NCBI RefSeq assembly: GCF_001564455.1
Contig: NZ_CP011391.1
Coordinates: forward strand, 1,170,001-1,202,000
From: Faecalibaculum rodentium
GTDB taxonomy: Bacteria > Bacillota_I > Bacilli_A > Erysipelotrichales > Erysipelotrichaceae
DNA: 32,000 nt
Reading direction: 5' to 3'
The notes beneath the pieces were generated by a model. The model was not told where the DNA came from. It did no database searches and was given only the letters and a program-made list of their open reading frames with translations. Made by a program: the position numbers and the translations under genes. Positions 1-7,829 of this stretch are shown in pieces; within the stretch, counting starts at the first letter, position 1, and every line of letters starts with the position of its first letter.

Positions 1-442
1 GATCGCGCTTGATCTTCAGCATGATCGCGTCGATCAGGCTCTCCATGGTGTGATGACGGGTGGAACTGTCCGCAGTTCCGTCTCCGGTCCGGGCATAAAT
101 GTATGGATGAGCTGTGGAGTCCAGAGCCCAGTGGCACAGGTGTCCGCAGACATAAGCTTCCATGTCGAGCCTGATTTCCGGACTTTTTTCCCGGCGGATG
201 GATTCCAGCGCCGACAGGTAGAACTCATTGATGTGGCTGTGGTGGAAGCGGCCTCCATACTGCCGGATCCTGGCCGGTTTCCAGAAGGAAACAGGGTTGA
301 GTCCCTGGAAAAACAGGAAGTCCGGACCGCTGGACCCGATTCCCACAAGATGTGCGCGGGATTCCAGCAAAGACTGTATATCGGCCGGCATCCGGCCGGC
401 TGCTTCCTGGGCAAGCAGTGCATGGGTGATGAGATTGGGCAT
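1..442 (-). CDS. zinc-dependent phospholipase C-fold family protein (N-terminal ~147 aa; gene runs off the left edge)
   Basis: My own minus-strand translation from ATG at 442 stays open to position 1: MPNLITHALLAQEAAGRMPADIQSLLESRAHLVGIGSSGPDFLFF...GGRFHHSHINEFY...VCGHLCHWALDSTAHPYIYARTG...HHTMESLIDAIMLKIKRD. The His-rich pattern resembles PF00882-type proteins (from memory). It is missing from the ORF track because there is no stop in the window. AAAGGAG RBS sits inside the end of the upstream gene, and the start lies 3 nt after that gene's stop. Confidence 0.6.
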   Translation of the reverse strand, partial: MPNLITHALLAQEAAGRMPADIQSLLESRAHLVGIGSSGPDFLFFQGLNPVSFWKPARIRQYGGRFHHSHINEFYLSALESIRREKSPEIRLDMEAYVCGHLCHWALDSTAHPYIYARTGDGTADSSTRHHTMESLIDAIMLKIKRD

Positions 443-445
443 AAT

Positions 446-1918
446 TTACTCCTTTGCCGCCTGGATCAGGCCATGAAGGACCAGATACTCGGCGTATGTA
501 TCCATCTGACAATAACGGTCCAGTTCTTCCCGGATCCGCTTTCTTGTCTGTTCATCAGCAGTTTCATAACAGCGGTAGGCCCTGACAGCCTGCAGGCCAT
601 CGTGTATCGCAAGCCGGTTGTAGACAGGATCGTCAGTGAACATCTGCACGATCTGTTTCAGGGAAAAGCGGCTTTTCATGCGGAGGTCGTAGTACAGGCC
701 GGTTTCGAAGGGTTTCGCAAGGTCCTTCATGCGCTCCCAGATCTTTTGCAGTTTCAAGGCGTATGCGGGAAACTGCACCGCCAGCTGTTTGAGTCGGAGG
801 CGCTCGGCTCCTTCCATATTATAGACAAAGATGGTGCCTTCGGCAGGAACCGATGCCAGCAGACGGTCCAGAAATTCTTTCCGGCAGTCTCCCCAGCCAA
901 AATACGAAGTATGTTCCAGACCGGAATCTGTCTCTGTGTGCAGAGAAAACTGGAAGCAGAGGACATCGAAGGATTTCATTCCTTCATAGGGCGGAACCGC
1001 AAAGGTGTCCCATTCGAAATCCAGATAGGAGAACGGAGGCTTTGCGTCCGCGAGCCATTCACCAAGGTCCGGTCTGCTGATCCACGGACTGGACAGACTT
1101 GCCTGGTATTGCGCCCAGGCAACTGGATACTCCTGAAGCCCGGCGGGATCCAGCTGACTGATCGGTCCTTCCCGGATCTCGAACCGGTGCGGCACAGAAC
1201 GCAGAAACAGGGTGTCATCCCCGGAACGCCTGTCTGTCTGGAAACAGTCATCATAATAGGTACACCGCTTGCCCAGAGCACAGCTCCGGCTGTTGACCGC
1301 CGGCGGGCAGGGTCCTTCAAACAGGGCACAGGCTTCATCCACGAGCTGGTCGAGATCCGGGTGCATGGTTTCCTGGAGACTGGCAATGGTCCGCGAGGGA
1401 TGGTGTTTCCGGTTTTCCAGACAGTCGCTTTTTACAAACAAAGCAGAAAGATCCAGTTTCTGGCCACGTACATACTGCCGGCTGATTGAGACTGCTTCCT
1501 GTTCCCGGATGTCGATGCCGGCTTTTTGTGCGATGAGCCGGGCAATGTCCATGAGCCAGGCTTCGGTTTCCCGGGCTGTCATCATTGGCCAGATGGCTTT
1601 CCAGCCAGTATCCAGTTTCTGCAGCCACGGAATCGTCACCCGCAGTCCATGCCAGCTCATCCGTACGAATCTGGCAGACTCTCCCGGCTGAAGAGAGCCC
1701 AGAATCCGCATGGTGTCTTCCATTGTATCCCCGCGATGTCCCTGCGGTGTATCATCCAGGTCATAGGCACGGCTCCAGAGAGCAGAAAAGGGTTCCTTCA
1801 TATGATAAAACGGAAGACTGTTGTCACCACGGCTGTGATAGTGCAGCCAGGCCAGTCGCGGACAACGTTTCATGCGAATCAGGTCCTGGCCATGAAGCAT
1901 GATTTCCGGACGATTCAT
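446..1918 (-). CDS. DUF2779 domain protein with Cas4/RecB-like N-terminal nuclease region
   Basis: 490-aa ORF. The C-terminal half carries the DUF2779 signature as I recall it (YLDFEWDTFAVPPYEGMKSFDVLCFQFSLH, IFVYNMEGAERLRL, YCQMDTYAEY). The N-terminal half has MKRCPRLAWLHYH plus a Cys triad SRSCALGKRCTYYDDCF, which is Cas4-like and suggests an Fe-S cluster. Its start overlaps the WYL gene stop (ATGA at 1915-1918). Confidence 0.8.
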   Translation of the reverse strand: MNRPEIMLHGQDLIRMKRCPRLAWLHYHSRGDNSLPFYHMKEPFSALWSRAYDLDDTPQGHRGDTMEDTMRILGSLQPGESARFVRMSWHGLRVTIPWLQKLDTGWKAIWPMMTARETEAWLMDIARLIAQKAGIDIREQEAVSISRQYVRGQKLDLSALFVKSDCLENRKHHPSRTIASLQETMHPDLDQLVDEACALFEGPCPPAVNSRSCALGKRCTYYDDCFQTDRRSGDDTLFLRSVPHRFEIREGPISQLDPAGLQEYPVAWAQYQASLSSPWISRPDLGEWLADAKPPFSYLDFEWDTFAVPPYEGMKSFDVLCFQFSLHTETDSGLEHTSYFGWGDCRKEFLDRLLASVPAEGTIFVYNMEGAERLRLKQLAVQFPAYALKLQKIWERMKDLAKPFETGLYYDLRMKSRFSLKQIVQMFTDDPVYNRLAIHDGLQAVRAYRCYETADEQTRKRIREELDRYCQMDTYAEYLVLHGLIQAAKE

Positions 1919-2880
1919 GATCCGTAGGCTTCCATCAAAGCCGAAATGCGGTCTTTGAATTCCTGCTGCTGATCTGCCGGGGATTCAAGAATGACCGTTG
2001 GGCCGAACTCAAGGAGCTGATTGAACAGCCCTTCTTTTTCATCCCTGTGAAAGGTATAGCGGATCCATTCTTCATCCTGGGAAACAGCCCTCAGATCATC
2101 CCCCCAGTCCGATTCCCTGAACAGGTGTTCTGCTTCCTTCCGCACCCGGACCTGATACTTCGTGTTGGGGGTCTTCACGAATCCGTATTCTGCCAGATTC
2201 TGTTCCAGAGATACATCCGTAAACGGGACGAATCGTTCCTCAGTCAGGGTCACGCTCTGCAGGCGGGTCGGCGAAAACCGGAAATAGCGCCAGTTTCTAC
2301 CGGCGGTCTTTCCCTGCTCCACTTTGTCCGCGAACAGGTAGTAGGCTTCCTGACTGTAGAACACCTGGTAGGGTTCCACAAGATACTCCTGCATCCGTCC
2401 ATCACGGCGTCGGTACAGAAGCTTCAGCCGCTTTTTCTCCCGGATTCCCCGCCGGCATACTTCCATGTGCAGCGTACTGGTCTGTCTCGGGTCCCGCCGC
2501 CTGCGGCTCAGATACAGGATGGCGTCATCCTCTTCCGGGCTTGGAACCACGCTGGAGAACAGCTTTTCCACTGCCTGGTCAAATTCTTTCATCGACGCAA
2601 ACGAACTGTGGGTATGCACCAGATCGCGGGCCTCGAGAAAGGCGTCGGTCTGTTCCCGGTTAAGGCGGGCGGCGGGAATAATGGAAGCAGAGTCCAGCTG
2701 GAGCCCGCCGTTGCGTCCTTTGTGTTCCAGAATGTCATAGCCTGCCATGATAAGCTCTTTCTTGTATTCCCGGATATTGCGTTCATTGGTCTCAAGTTCC
2801 TGTGCAAGGTCCCGCTTTTTGACAACACCGCCACTGTACAGGATCTGAAGCATGCGGATGGTATTTGCAGTTTTATACAT
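1915..2880 (-). CDS. WYL domain-containing HTH transcriptional regulator
   Basis: Start chosen at ATG 2880 (MYKTANTIRMLQILYSGG...), preceded by GAAGGAGA 6 nt upstream. N-terminal wHTH (RDLAQELETNERNIREYKKEL), central WYL-like segment (LKLLYRRRDGRMQEYLVEPYQVFYSQEAYYLFA...RYFRFSPTRLQSV) and a C-terminal extension. The start overlaps the AI-2E gene end by 8 nt (ATGTATAA). Confidence 0.85.
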   Translation of the reverse strand: MYKTANTIRMLQILYSGGVVKKRDLAQELETNERNIREYKKELIMAGYDILEHKGRNGGLQLDSASIIPAARLNREQTDAFLEARDLVHTHSSFASMKEFDQAVEKLFSSVVPSPEEDDAILYLSRRRRDPRQTSTLHMEVCRRGIREKKRLKLLYRRRDGRMQEYLVEPYQVFYSQEAYYLFADKVEQGKTAGRNWRYFRFSPTRLQSVTLTEERFVPFTDVSLEQNLAEYGFVKTPNTKYQVRVRKEAEHLFRESDWGDDLRAVSQDEEWIRYTFHRDEKEGLFNQLLEFGPTVILESPADQQQEFKDRISALMEAYGS

Positions 2881-4129
2881 GACTGGTCTCCTTCGAATCA
2901 CTGGCCGGATCCCGGCGGTTCGCAGCACTTCCTCTGCCTGCAGAGGACTGTGCAGTCAGGGCGTCCGCCTGTTTCCTGCGCTTTCGCACAGCCAGACGGG
3001 CAGAGGCATCTTCGCGGATGATCTGATAGACACACGACGTAATGGGTATGAAGACGATCATTCCCAGAATCCCGGCTGCATTGGCGCCGATGGTGATCGC
3101 GATCATGACAAAAAACGGCGGCAGCCCCACGGTTTTTCCCATCACATGGGGATAGATGAAATTGCCTTCCACCTGCTGAATGCAGAGGAACAGAATCATG
3201 AAATACAGCCCGTTGACCGGCGATTCCAGGGCCATGAACAGCGAAACCAGAATGGCGGCGGCAAGGGCTCCGAACATCGGAACCAGTGCCCCGATCCCGA
3301 CAACCAGTCCGGCCAGCAGGGCATAGGGCAGACCGAATACAGCACTGAGTATCCCGACAAGTGTTCCCAGGATCAGGCACTCGAGACAGGATCCGCCGAT
3401 ATAGCCGGTAAAGGTGTTGTCGATGAGTTTCAGAATGTGCATGGACCGGTTGTAGAAACGTTCAGGCATGTACGCCTGCAGCAGGGAGCGTCCCTCGTGC
3501 ACGACCCGCTGTTTGTTGAACAGCAGGATAATGGCAAACATCACCGACATCATGCAGTTGAAAGCCCAGGAGAAGGCAGAAGACAGCACGTTGTAGACAG
3601 AACTCATGAGACTTGTCTGGGCGTCTGCGTTCAGCCAGGATAGAAACTCTTCCAGGGCCCTTGTAATGCTGTCCACGGAGAAATCCAGCCGGGCCAGCCA
3701 GTCATGTACAGCAGGGACTCGTTCCGTGATGTGCAGCAGCCACATCCAGAAGGAATACAGGCTGCCGGGCAGGTCCGTCATGACAGACCGCAGACTGTCT
3801 GCGATTCGTGGAAAGAGCACGAACAGGAACACAAACAGCAGCAGAACCAGCGTCAGGATGGCCAGACAGTTGCAGAGGAACCTTGTGAACCGGTTTTCCC
3901 GCATATGAAACAGCCGCTGGCCCCACCCCATCAGAGAGGTTGCCAGTACATTCAGAACGTACCCGAGGAATCCGCCCACGATGAACGGGGTGCAGATACC
4001 CAGGATGTGTGCGAAAAAATCCAGAATCTGACGAAAATATATGATGACCATGGCCAGACCCAGTGCAAACAGAATGAGGCGCTGAATCAGCACTTCCCTG
4101 CTCCGGTACTGCTCATCAAGATGGAACAT
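2873..4129 (-). CDS. AI-2E family transporter (PerM/UPF0118-type permease)
   Basis: 418-aa polytopic membrane ORF (MFHLDEQYRSREVLIQRLILFALGLAMVIIYF...GGSCLECLILGTLVGILSAVFGLPYALLAGLVVGIGALVPMFGA...) with a long basic C-terminal tail. AAAGGAGG RBS lies upstream of ATG 4129. Confidence 0.85.
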   Translation of the reverse strand: MFHLDEQYRSREVLIQRLILFALGLAMVIIYFRQILDFFAHILGICTPFIVGGFLGYVLNVLATSLMGWGQRLFHMRENRFTRFLCNCLAILTLVLLLFVFLFVLFPRIADSLRSVMTDLPGSLYSFWMWLLHITERVPAVHDWLARLDFSVDSITRALEEFLSWLNADAQTSLMSSVYNVLSSAFSWAFNCMMSVMFAIILLFNKQRVVHEGRSLLQAYMPERFYNRSMHILKLIDNTFTGYIGGSCLECLILGTLVGILSAVFGLPYALLAGLVVGIGALVPMFGALAAAILVSLFMALESPVNGLYFMILFLCIQQVEGNFIYPHVMGKTVGLPPFFVMIAITIGANAAGILGMIVFIPITSCVYQIIREDASARLAVRKRRKQADALTAQSSAGRGSAANRRDPASDSKETSHV

Positions 4130-4181
4130 GCAGCCTCCTTTCCACCGCCGCTGCCCGGTTGTACGGCTGCTGACGGCTTCT

Positions 4182-4209
4182 TTGCCAGCGATTCTGGCGA
4201 TTCTATAAT
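4182..4209 (+). promoter_or_regulatory. candidate sigma-A promoter P1 (TTGCCA-16 nt-TATAAT) about 255 nt upstream of pyrG
   Basis: TTGCCA at 4182-4187 and TATAAT at 4204-4209. On the other strand the same AT-rich palindrome reads TATAGAAT, so it may also or instead serve the divergent AI-2E operon. Confidence 0.35.
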
Positions 4210-4363
4210 GTCTTTATTGTACACCATTCATGCATCAACAGAGACAGGAGTTCTGTCTGATGCCCGGCAATCTGCCGCAGTGACCCGACTGGACCGCTCT
4301 GCTGCCCCAGGCCAGGGTTCCAGGCTTCTGCCTTGTCAGAAAGAAATCCCCTGCTCTGGTATC

Positions 4364-4400
4364 CGCTTTCATCCAGTTCTCATGAAAGCGCGTTTTCATT
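4364..4400 (+). terminator. terminator-like hairpin upstream of pyrG (possible attenuator or sRNA 3' end)
   Basis: CGCTTTCAT (4364-4372) pairs with ATGAAAGCG (4382-4390), giving a 9-bp stem and 9-nt loop, followed by cgTTTTcaTTTcg. Confidence 0.45.
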
Positions 4401-4414
4401 TCGCCTTCTGTCTT

Positions 4415-4443
4415 TTGACTTGACAGCCCGCGGCCTATAGAAT
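4415..4443 (+). promoter_or_regulatory. candidate proximal pyrG promoter P2 (TTGACT-17 nt-TAGAAT)
   Basis: TTGACT at 4415-4420, TAGAAT at 4438-4443. This would give a ~14-nt leader containing the AGGAGG RBS. Confidence 0.5.
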
Positions 4444-4463
4444 TGGTCTGTCAGGAGGACAGC

Positions 4464-6086
4464 ATGACGACAAAATATATATTTGTGACCGGAGGCGTTG
4501 TCTCCGGTCTTGGCAAGGGCATCAGCGCCGCCAGTCTGGGCAGGCTGCTGAAAAGCCGCGGCTATAAAGTGACCAGCCAGAAACTGGATCCCTACATCAA
4601 CGTGGATCCGGGAACCATGTCACCCTATCAGCATGGGGAAGTGTTTGTGACAGATGACGGACTGGAAGCCGATCTGGATCTGGGTCATTATGAGCGCTTC
4701 ATCGACGAGAACCTCCATACGTATTCGAACCTGACCACCGGGCGGGTGTACTGGAATGTCATCAACAAGGAACGGGACGGAAAATATCTGGGAGAAACCG
4801 TACAGGTGATCCCGCATGTGACGGATGAAATCAAGAATTTCGTCATACAGGCAGGGCGCCATGCGCAGGCAGATTTCGTCATCACGGAAATCGGCGGCAC
4901 CACGGGTGACATCGAGAGTCTGCCGTTTCTGGAAAGCATCCGGCAGGTCCCCCTGGAAGTGGGGCGTGAAAACTGCGTATTCATGCATGTGACCTATATT
5001 CCCTATCTGTCTGGTTCCAATGAATACAAATCCAAGCCCACACAGCATTCCGTCAAGGACCTGCAGTCTCACGGAATCAATCCCGACATCATCATTGCCC
5101 GCTGCGATGAAGAGATCCCGCAGTCCGTGCTCAACAAGATTTCGCTGTTCTGCAACGTCAGCCCCCAGAGCGTGATTCAGAACCGGACGCTGGAATCCCT
5201 GTATGAAGTGCCGCTCATGCTGGAAGAACAGCATCTTGCCGATCTGGTCTGCTCGAAGCTGGGGCTCGAACCGCGGCAGCCGGATCTGGAAGAATGGCGG
5301 GAACTGGTGGACACCATTCATCACCCGCAGGATACAGTGCGGATCGCACTGGTGGGAAAATACGTGCAGCTGCACGATGCCTACCTCTCCGTGGCCGAGG
5401 CTTTGTCCCATGCCGGATTCGCCAATGAAGCCCGGGTGGAGATCGACTGGGTGGACAGCGAAGAGCTGGAGACTGCGGATCTGGATGAGGTATTCGGCAA
5501 TGTGGACGGCATCATTCTTCCGGGCGGATTCGGCGGCCGCGGTATCGAAGGCATGATCCGGGTCGCCAACTACGCAAGACAGAAGCGGATTCCCTACCTC
5601 GGGATCTGCCTGGGCATGCAGATCGCGGCGATCAGCTTTGCCAGACATGTACTGGGGTATGAAGATGCCAACAGTTATGAATTCGATCCGGCCAGCCGGC
5701 ATACAGTGATTGATTTCATGGAAGACCAGAAAAACGAGATCCGCAAGGGCGGAACGATGCGGCTGGGCGCCTATCCCTGTTCCGTCCGCCCCGGAACCAG
5801 GCTGCATGAATGCTATGGCCGTGAACTGGTGGACGAACGTCACCGGCACCGATATGAGTTCAACAACATCTACCGCTCGGAGTTCGAGAATGCGGGTATG
5901 CTGATCAGCGGCACAAGCCCGGACAAGACGCTGGTGGAGGCAGTGGAACTTACGGATCACCCCTTTTATGTCGGGGTGCAGTATCATCCCGAGTTTCTGT
6001 CCAGGCCAAACCGGGCCCATCCTCTGTTCAAGGGCCTTGTAAAGGCTTCCATCACACGAAAGCACGAAAATGCCGCAGTAAAATGA
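4464..6086 (+). CDS. pyrG: CTP synthase (glutamine-hydrolysing)
   Basis: [66 protein letters not shown]..., with a C-terminal GATase (GICLGMQ...YHPEF). Start at ATG 4464, with the AGGAGGA RBS (4453-4459) ending 4 nt upstream. Confidence 0.97.
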   Translation: MTTKYIFVTGGVVSGLGKGISAASLGRLLKSRGYKVTSQKLDPYINVDPGTMSPYQHGEVFVTDDGLEADLDLGHYERFIDENLHTYSNLTTGRVYWNVINKERDGKYLGETVQVIPHVTDEIKNFVIQAGRHAQADFVITEIGGTTGDIESLPFLESIRQVPLEVGRENCVFMHVTYIPYLSGSNEYKSKPTQHSVKDLQSHGINPDIIIARCDEEIPQSVLNKISLFCNVSPQSVIQNRTLESLYEVPLMLEEQHLADLVCSKLGLEPRQPDLEEWRELVDTIHHPQDTVRIALVGKYVQLHDAYLSVAEALSHAGFANEARVEIDWVDSEELETADLDEVFGNVDGIILPGGFGGRGIEGMIRVANYARQKRIPYLGICLGMQIAAISFARHVLGYEDANSYEFDPASRHTVIDFMEDQKNEIRKGGTMRLGAYPCSVRPGTRLHECYGRELVDERHRHRYEFNNIYRSEFENAGMLISGTSPDKTLVEAVELTDHPFYVGVQYHPEFLSRPNRAHPLFKGLVKASITRKHENAAVK

Positions 6087-6182
6087 CAAATCAATGGTCA
6101 TAGTAACTGTGATACAACCTTTTCTCCCTTATAATGTACGTGCATTGAAAGCAATGCTTTACGTATTTGGAGGCAAATTATC

Positions 6183-6644
6183 ATGAACAAGAAGTTTTTC
6201 TTAGGTGCTCTTGCGCTGGTCATGCTGGCTGGCTGCGGCAATGCCAACACTGGTGTGGATGAAGAAGGTGCAGCAGCATCCGATGCGCCGGCTACAGCCG
6301 ATGCAAAGACCACATCCGCCGAGATCGAGCAGGATGGGGCTACAACCAAAGCGGAAGTGACCAAGGAAGGCGACAAAGTAACCGCCGTTTCCATTGATGT
6401 GATCGATGAAGAAGGTCTGTCCAAGAAGGATCTGGGCGACGATTATGGCATGAAGGCTGCCAGCACCATCGAAAAGGAATGGTACGAGCAGGTTGAATTC
6501 CTGGAAAACTACATCCTGGAAAACGGCGTTGACTCCATCAAGATGACGGACGATGGCAAGGCTGAAAACGAAGACCTGAAGTCCGGCTGCACGATTTCCA
6601 TCAAGACCATGGTGGATGCAGTCAAGGAAGCTGAAGCGAAGTAG
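6183..6644 (+). CDS. lipoprotein, paralog 1 (possible FMN_bind-like domain)
   Basis: Signal peptide plus lipobox MNKKFFLGALALVMLAGC. GGAGG RBS. The C-terminal domain is shared with the next gene (EWYEQVEFLENYILENGVDSIK). DLKSGCTIS resembles the D-x-x-SGAT flavinylation motif. Confidence 0.8.
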   Translation: MNKKFFLGALALVMLAGCGNANTGVDEEGAAASDAPATADAKTTSAEIEQDGATTKAEVTKEGDKVTAVSIDVIDEEGLSKKDLGDDYGMKAASTIEKEWYEQVEFLENYILENGVDSIKMTDDGKAENEDLKSGCTISIKTMVDAVKEAEAK

Positions 6645-6655
6645 TCAGTGAAAAT

Positions 6656-6677
6656 ACCCGGATTTCCGGGTTTTTTT
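6656..6677 (+). terminator. rho-independent terminator after lipoprotein 1
   Basis: ACCCGG-attt-CCGGGT hairpin followed by T7 (6671-6677). Confidence 0.8.
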
Positions 6678-6781
6678 CTGTTTTTCCGCCGAATCAGGTC
6701 ACAGGACTGAGCCGGGCAGGCACCTGAATTGTGATTTGGGTCTCCGGGTCTACAATGAAGATAAAGGAGGCACTGATTCCC

Positions 6782-7264
6782 ATGAAAAAAACATTTGCCG
6801 CAGCAGCAGCTGCACTTCTTCTCCTTGCCGGCTGTTCTTCCACAGCGCAGGAGGATGTCGACAAAGTCGATGAAACTGTAGACCAGGGTGATGCCGCAGC
6901 TGAAACGAAGCTGGAAGGCGAAGCTGCCTATGGCGATACAGGACAGACTGCCAGGGCGACTGTCATCAAACAGGGCGACAAGATTGCCGATGTGATCATC
7001 GAGACCATTGACCAGGATGGAAATGCCATCACGCAGCTGGAAGACATGGCAGATCCCACTGCACAGGATACAGCCATTGGCACAGAGTACCAGGACCAGG
7101 TTGACTATCTGGAGAACTACATCAAGGAAAATGGTGTGGAGAACATCAAGACGGATGAAAACGGACGGGTGGCAGACGAAGAGATGCTGAAGAACGTGGA
7201 CATCAACGTTCAGCCGATGCTGGAGGCCGTTCAGAACGCCCTGGCCAACGAGAAAAACGACTGA
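6782..7264 (+). CDS. lipoprotein, paralog 2
   Basis: Start chosen at MKKTFAAAAAALLLLAGC (lipobox), with AAAGGAGG (6764-6771) ending 10 nt upstream. Shares EYQDQVDYLENYIKENGVENIK with paralog 1. Confidence 0.8.
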   Translation: MKKTFAAAAAALLLLAGCSSTAQEDVDKVDETVDQGDAAAETKLEGEAAYGDTGQTARATVIKQGDKIADVIIETIDQDGNAITQLEDMADPTAQDTAIGTEYQDQVDYLENYIKENGVENIKTDENGRVADEEMLKNVDINVQPMLEAVQNALANEKND

Positions 7265-7288
7265 TTGTCTTATTACAGACGATTGTCA

Positions 7289-7309
7289 GGACCCCATGGG
7301 GTCCTTTTT
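7289..7309 (+). terminator. rho-independent terminator after lipoprotein 2
   Basis: Palindrome GGACCCCATGGGGTCC (7289-7304) followed by TTTTT. Confidence 0.8.
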
Positions 7310-7434
7310 CAATCCTGTGACGGCAGGGACACTCATCCCTGCTGCCGAGAACTGATATCCTTGCAGCATCCAGGTGGCAAATGGAACTGAAAAAGCGCCT
7401 CCCGGCAGGAGACGCTGATCACGCTGTCCATTTG

Positions 7435-7743
7435 TCAGCGTCGAGGGATGCTGAAATACGGTGAACGGATGCTGATGTTCCAGTTCCAGGCCAGCTGAGC
7501 CGGATCGCGGACAGAATCTGTCTGCAAGGCCCGGAAGCCGGACTGAACAAGGGCCTGATTGAGCTGAGTGGCGGAAATGGCTATCCCCGTATCCCGGTCT
7601 ATGGAATCCAGCAGCCCATAGGTGGTGACATGCCGGTTGGTCCATGGAACGGACCGCAGTCTGCTTCTGATCCATTGCAGCGCAGTCTGCTGCACAGGAT
7701 CGGGAAGTTCGGCAAATGTGATTTCCCTGCGAATATCTGTCAT
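7435..7743 (-). CDS. hypothetical protein (possibly frameshifted, see findings)
   Basis: 102-aa ORF (MTDIRREITFAELPDPVQQTALQWIRSRL...) with a strong RBS, GAAGGGAGA, 5 nt upstream of ATG 7743. No family recognised. Confidence 0.55.
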   Translation of the reverse strand: MTDIRREITFAELPDPVQQTALQWIRSRLRSVPWTNRHVTTYGLLDSIDRDTGIAISATQLNQALVQSGFRALQTDSVRDPAQLAWNWNISIRSPYFSIPRR

Positions 7744-7829
7744 GGAAATCTCCCTTCTTCCCTTAAATAATACTGTAACAGATGGGACAATTCATCTCCT
7801 TCACCCGACAATTCCAGCCCGTATGCCGT

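Noticed and set aside
4260-4283. 7-codon uORF (MPGNLPQ) with AGGAG 9 nt upstream, in the pyrG upstream region.
   Set aside because: It is too short, and nothing supports translation. It contains no runs of codons suggestive of a leader-peptide attenuation mechanism.
4383-4398. cre-like TGAAAGCGCGTTTTCA upstream of pyrG.
   Set aside because: It is 16 nt long with the wrong spacing and fails TGWAANCGNTNWCA at position 10. It is better explained as the 3' arm of the terminator-like hairpin.
50-6101. Long plus- and minus-strand ORFs opposite DUF2779 (50-1489), WYL (2047-3021), AI-2E (2852-3643, 3704-4423) and pyrG (4620-6101).
   Set aside because: All are antisense shadows of better-supported genes, and none has an RBS or family resemblance.
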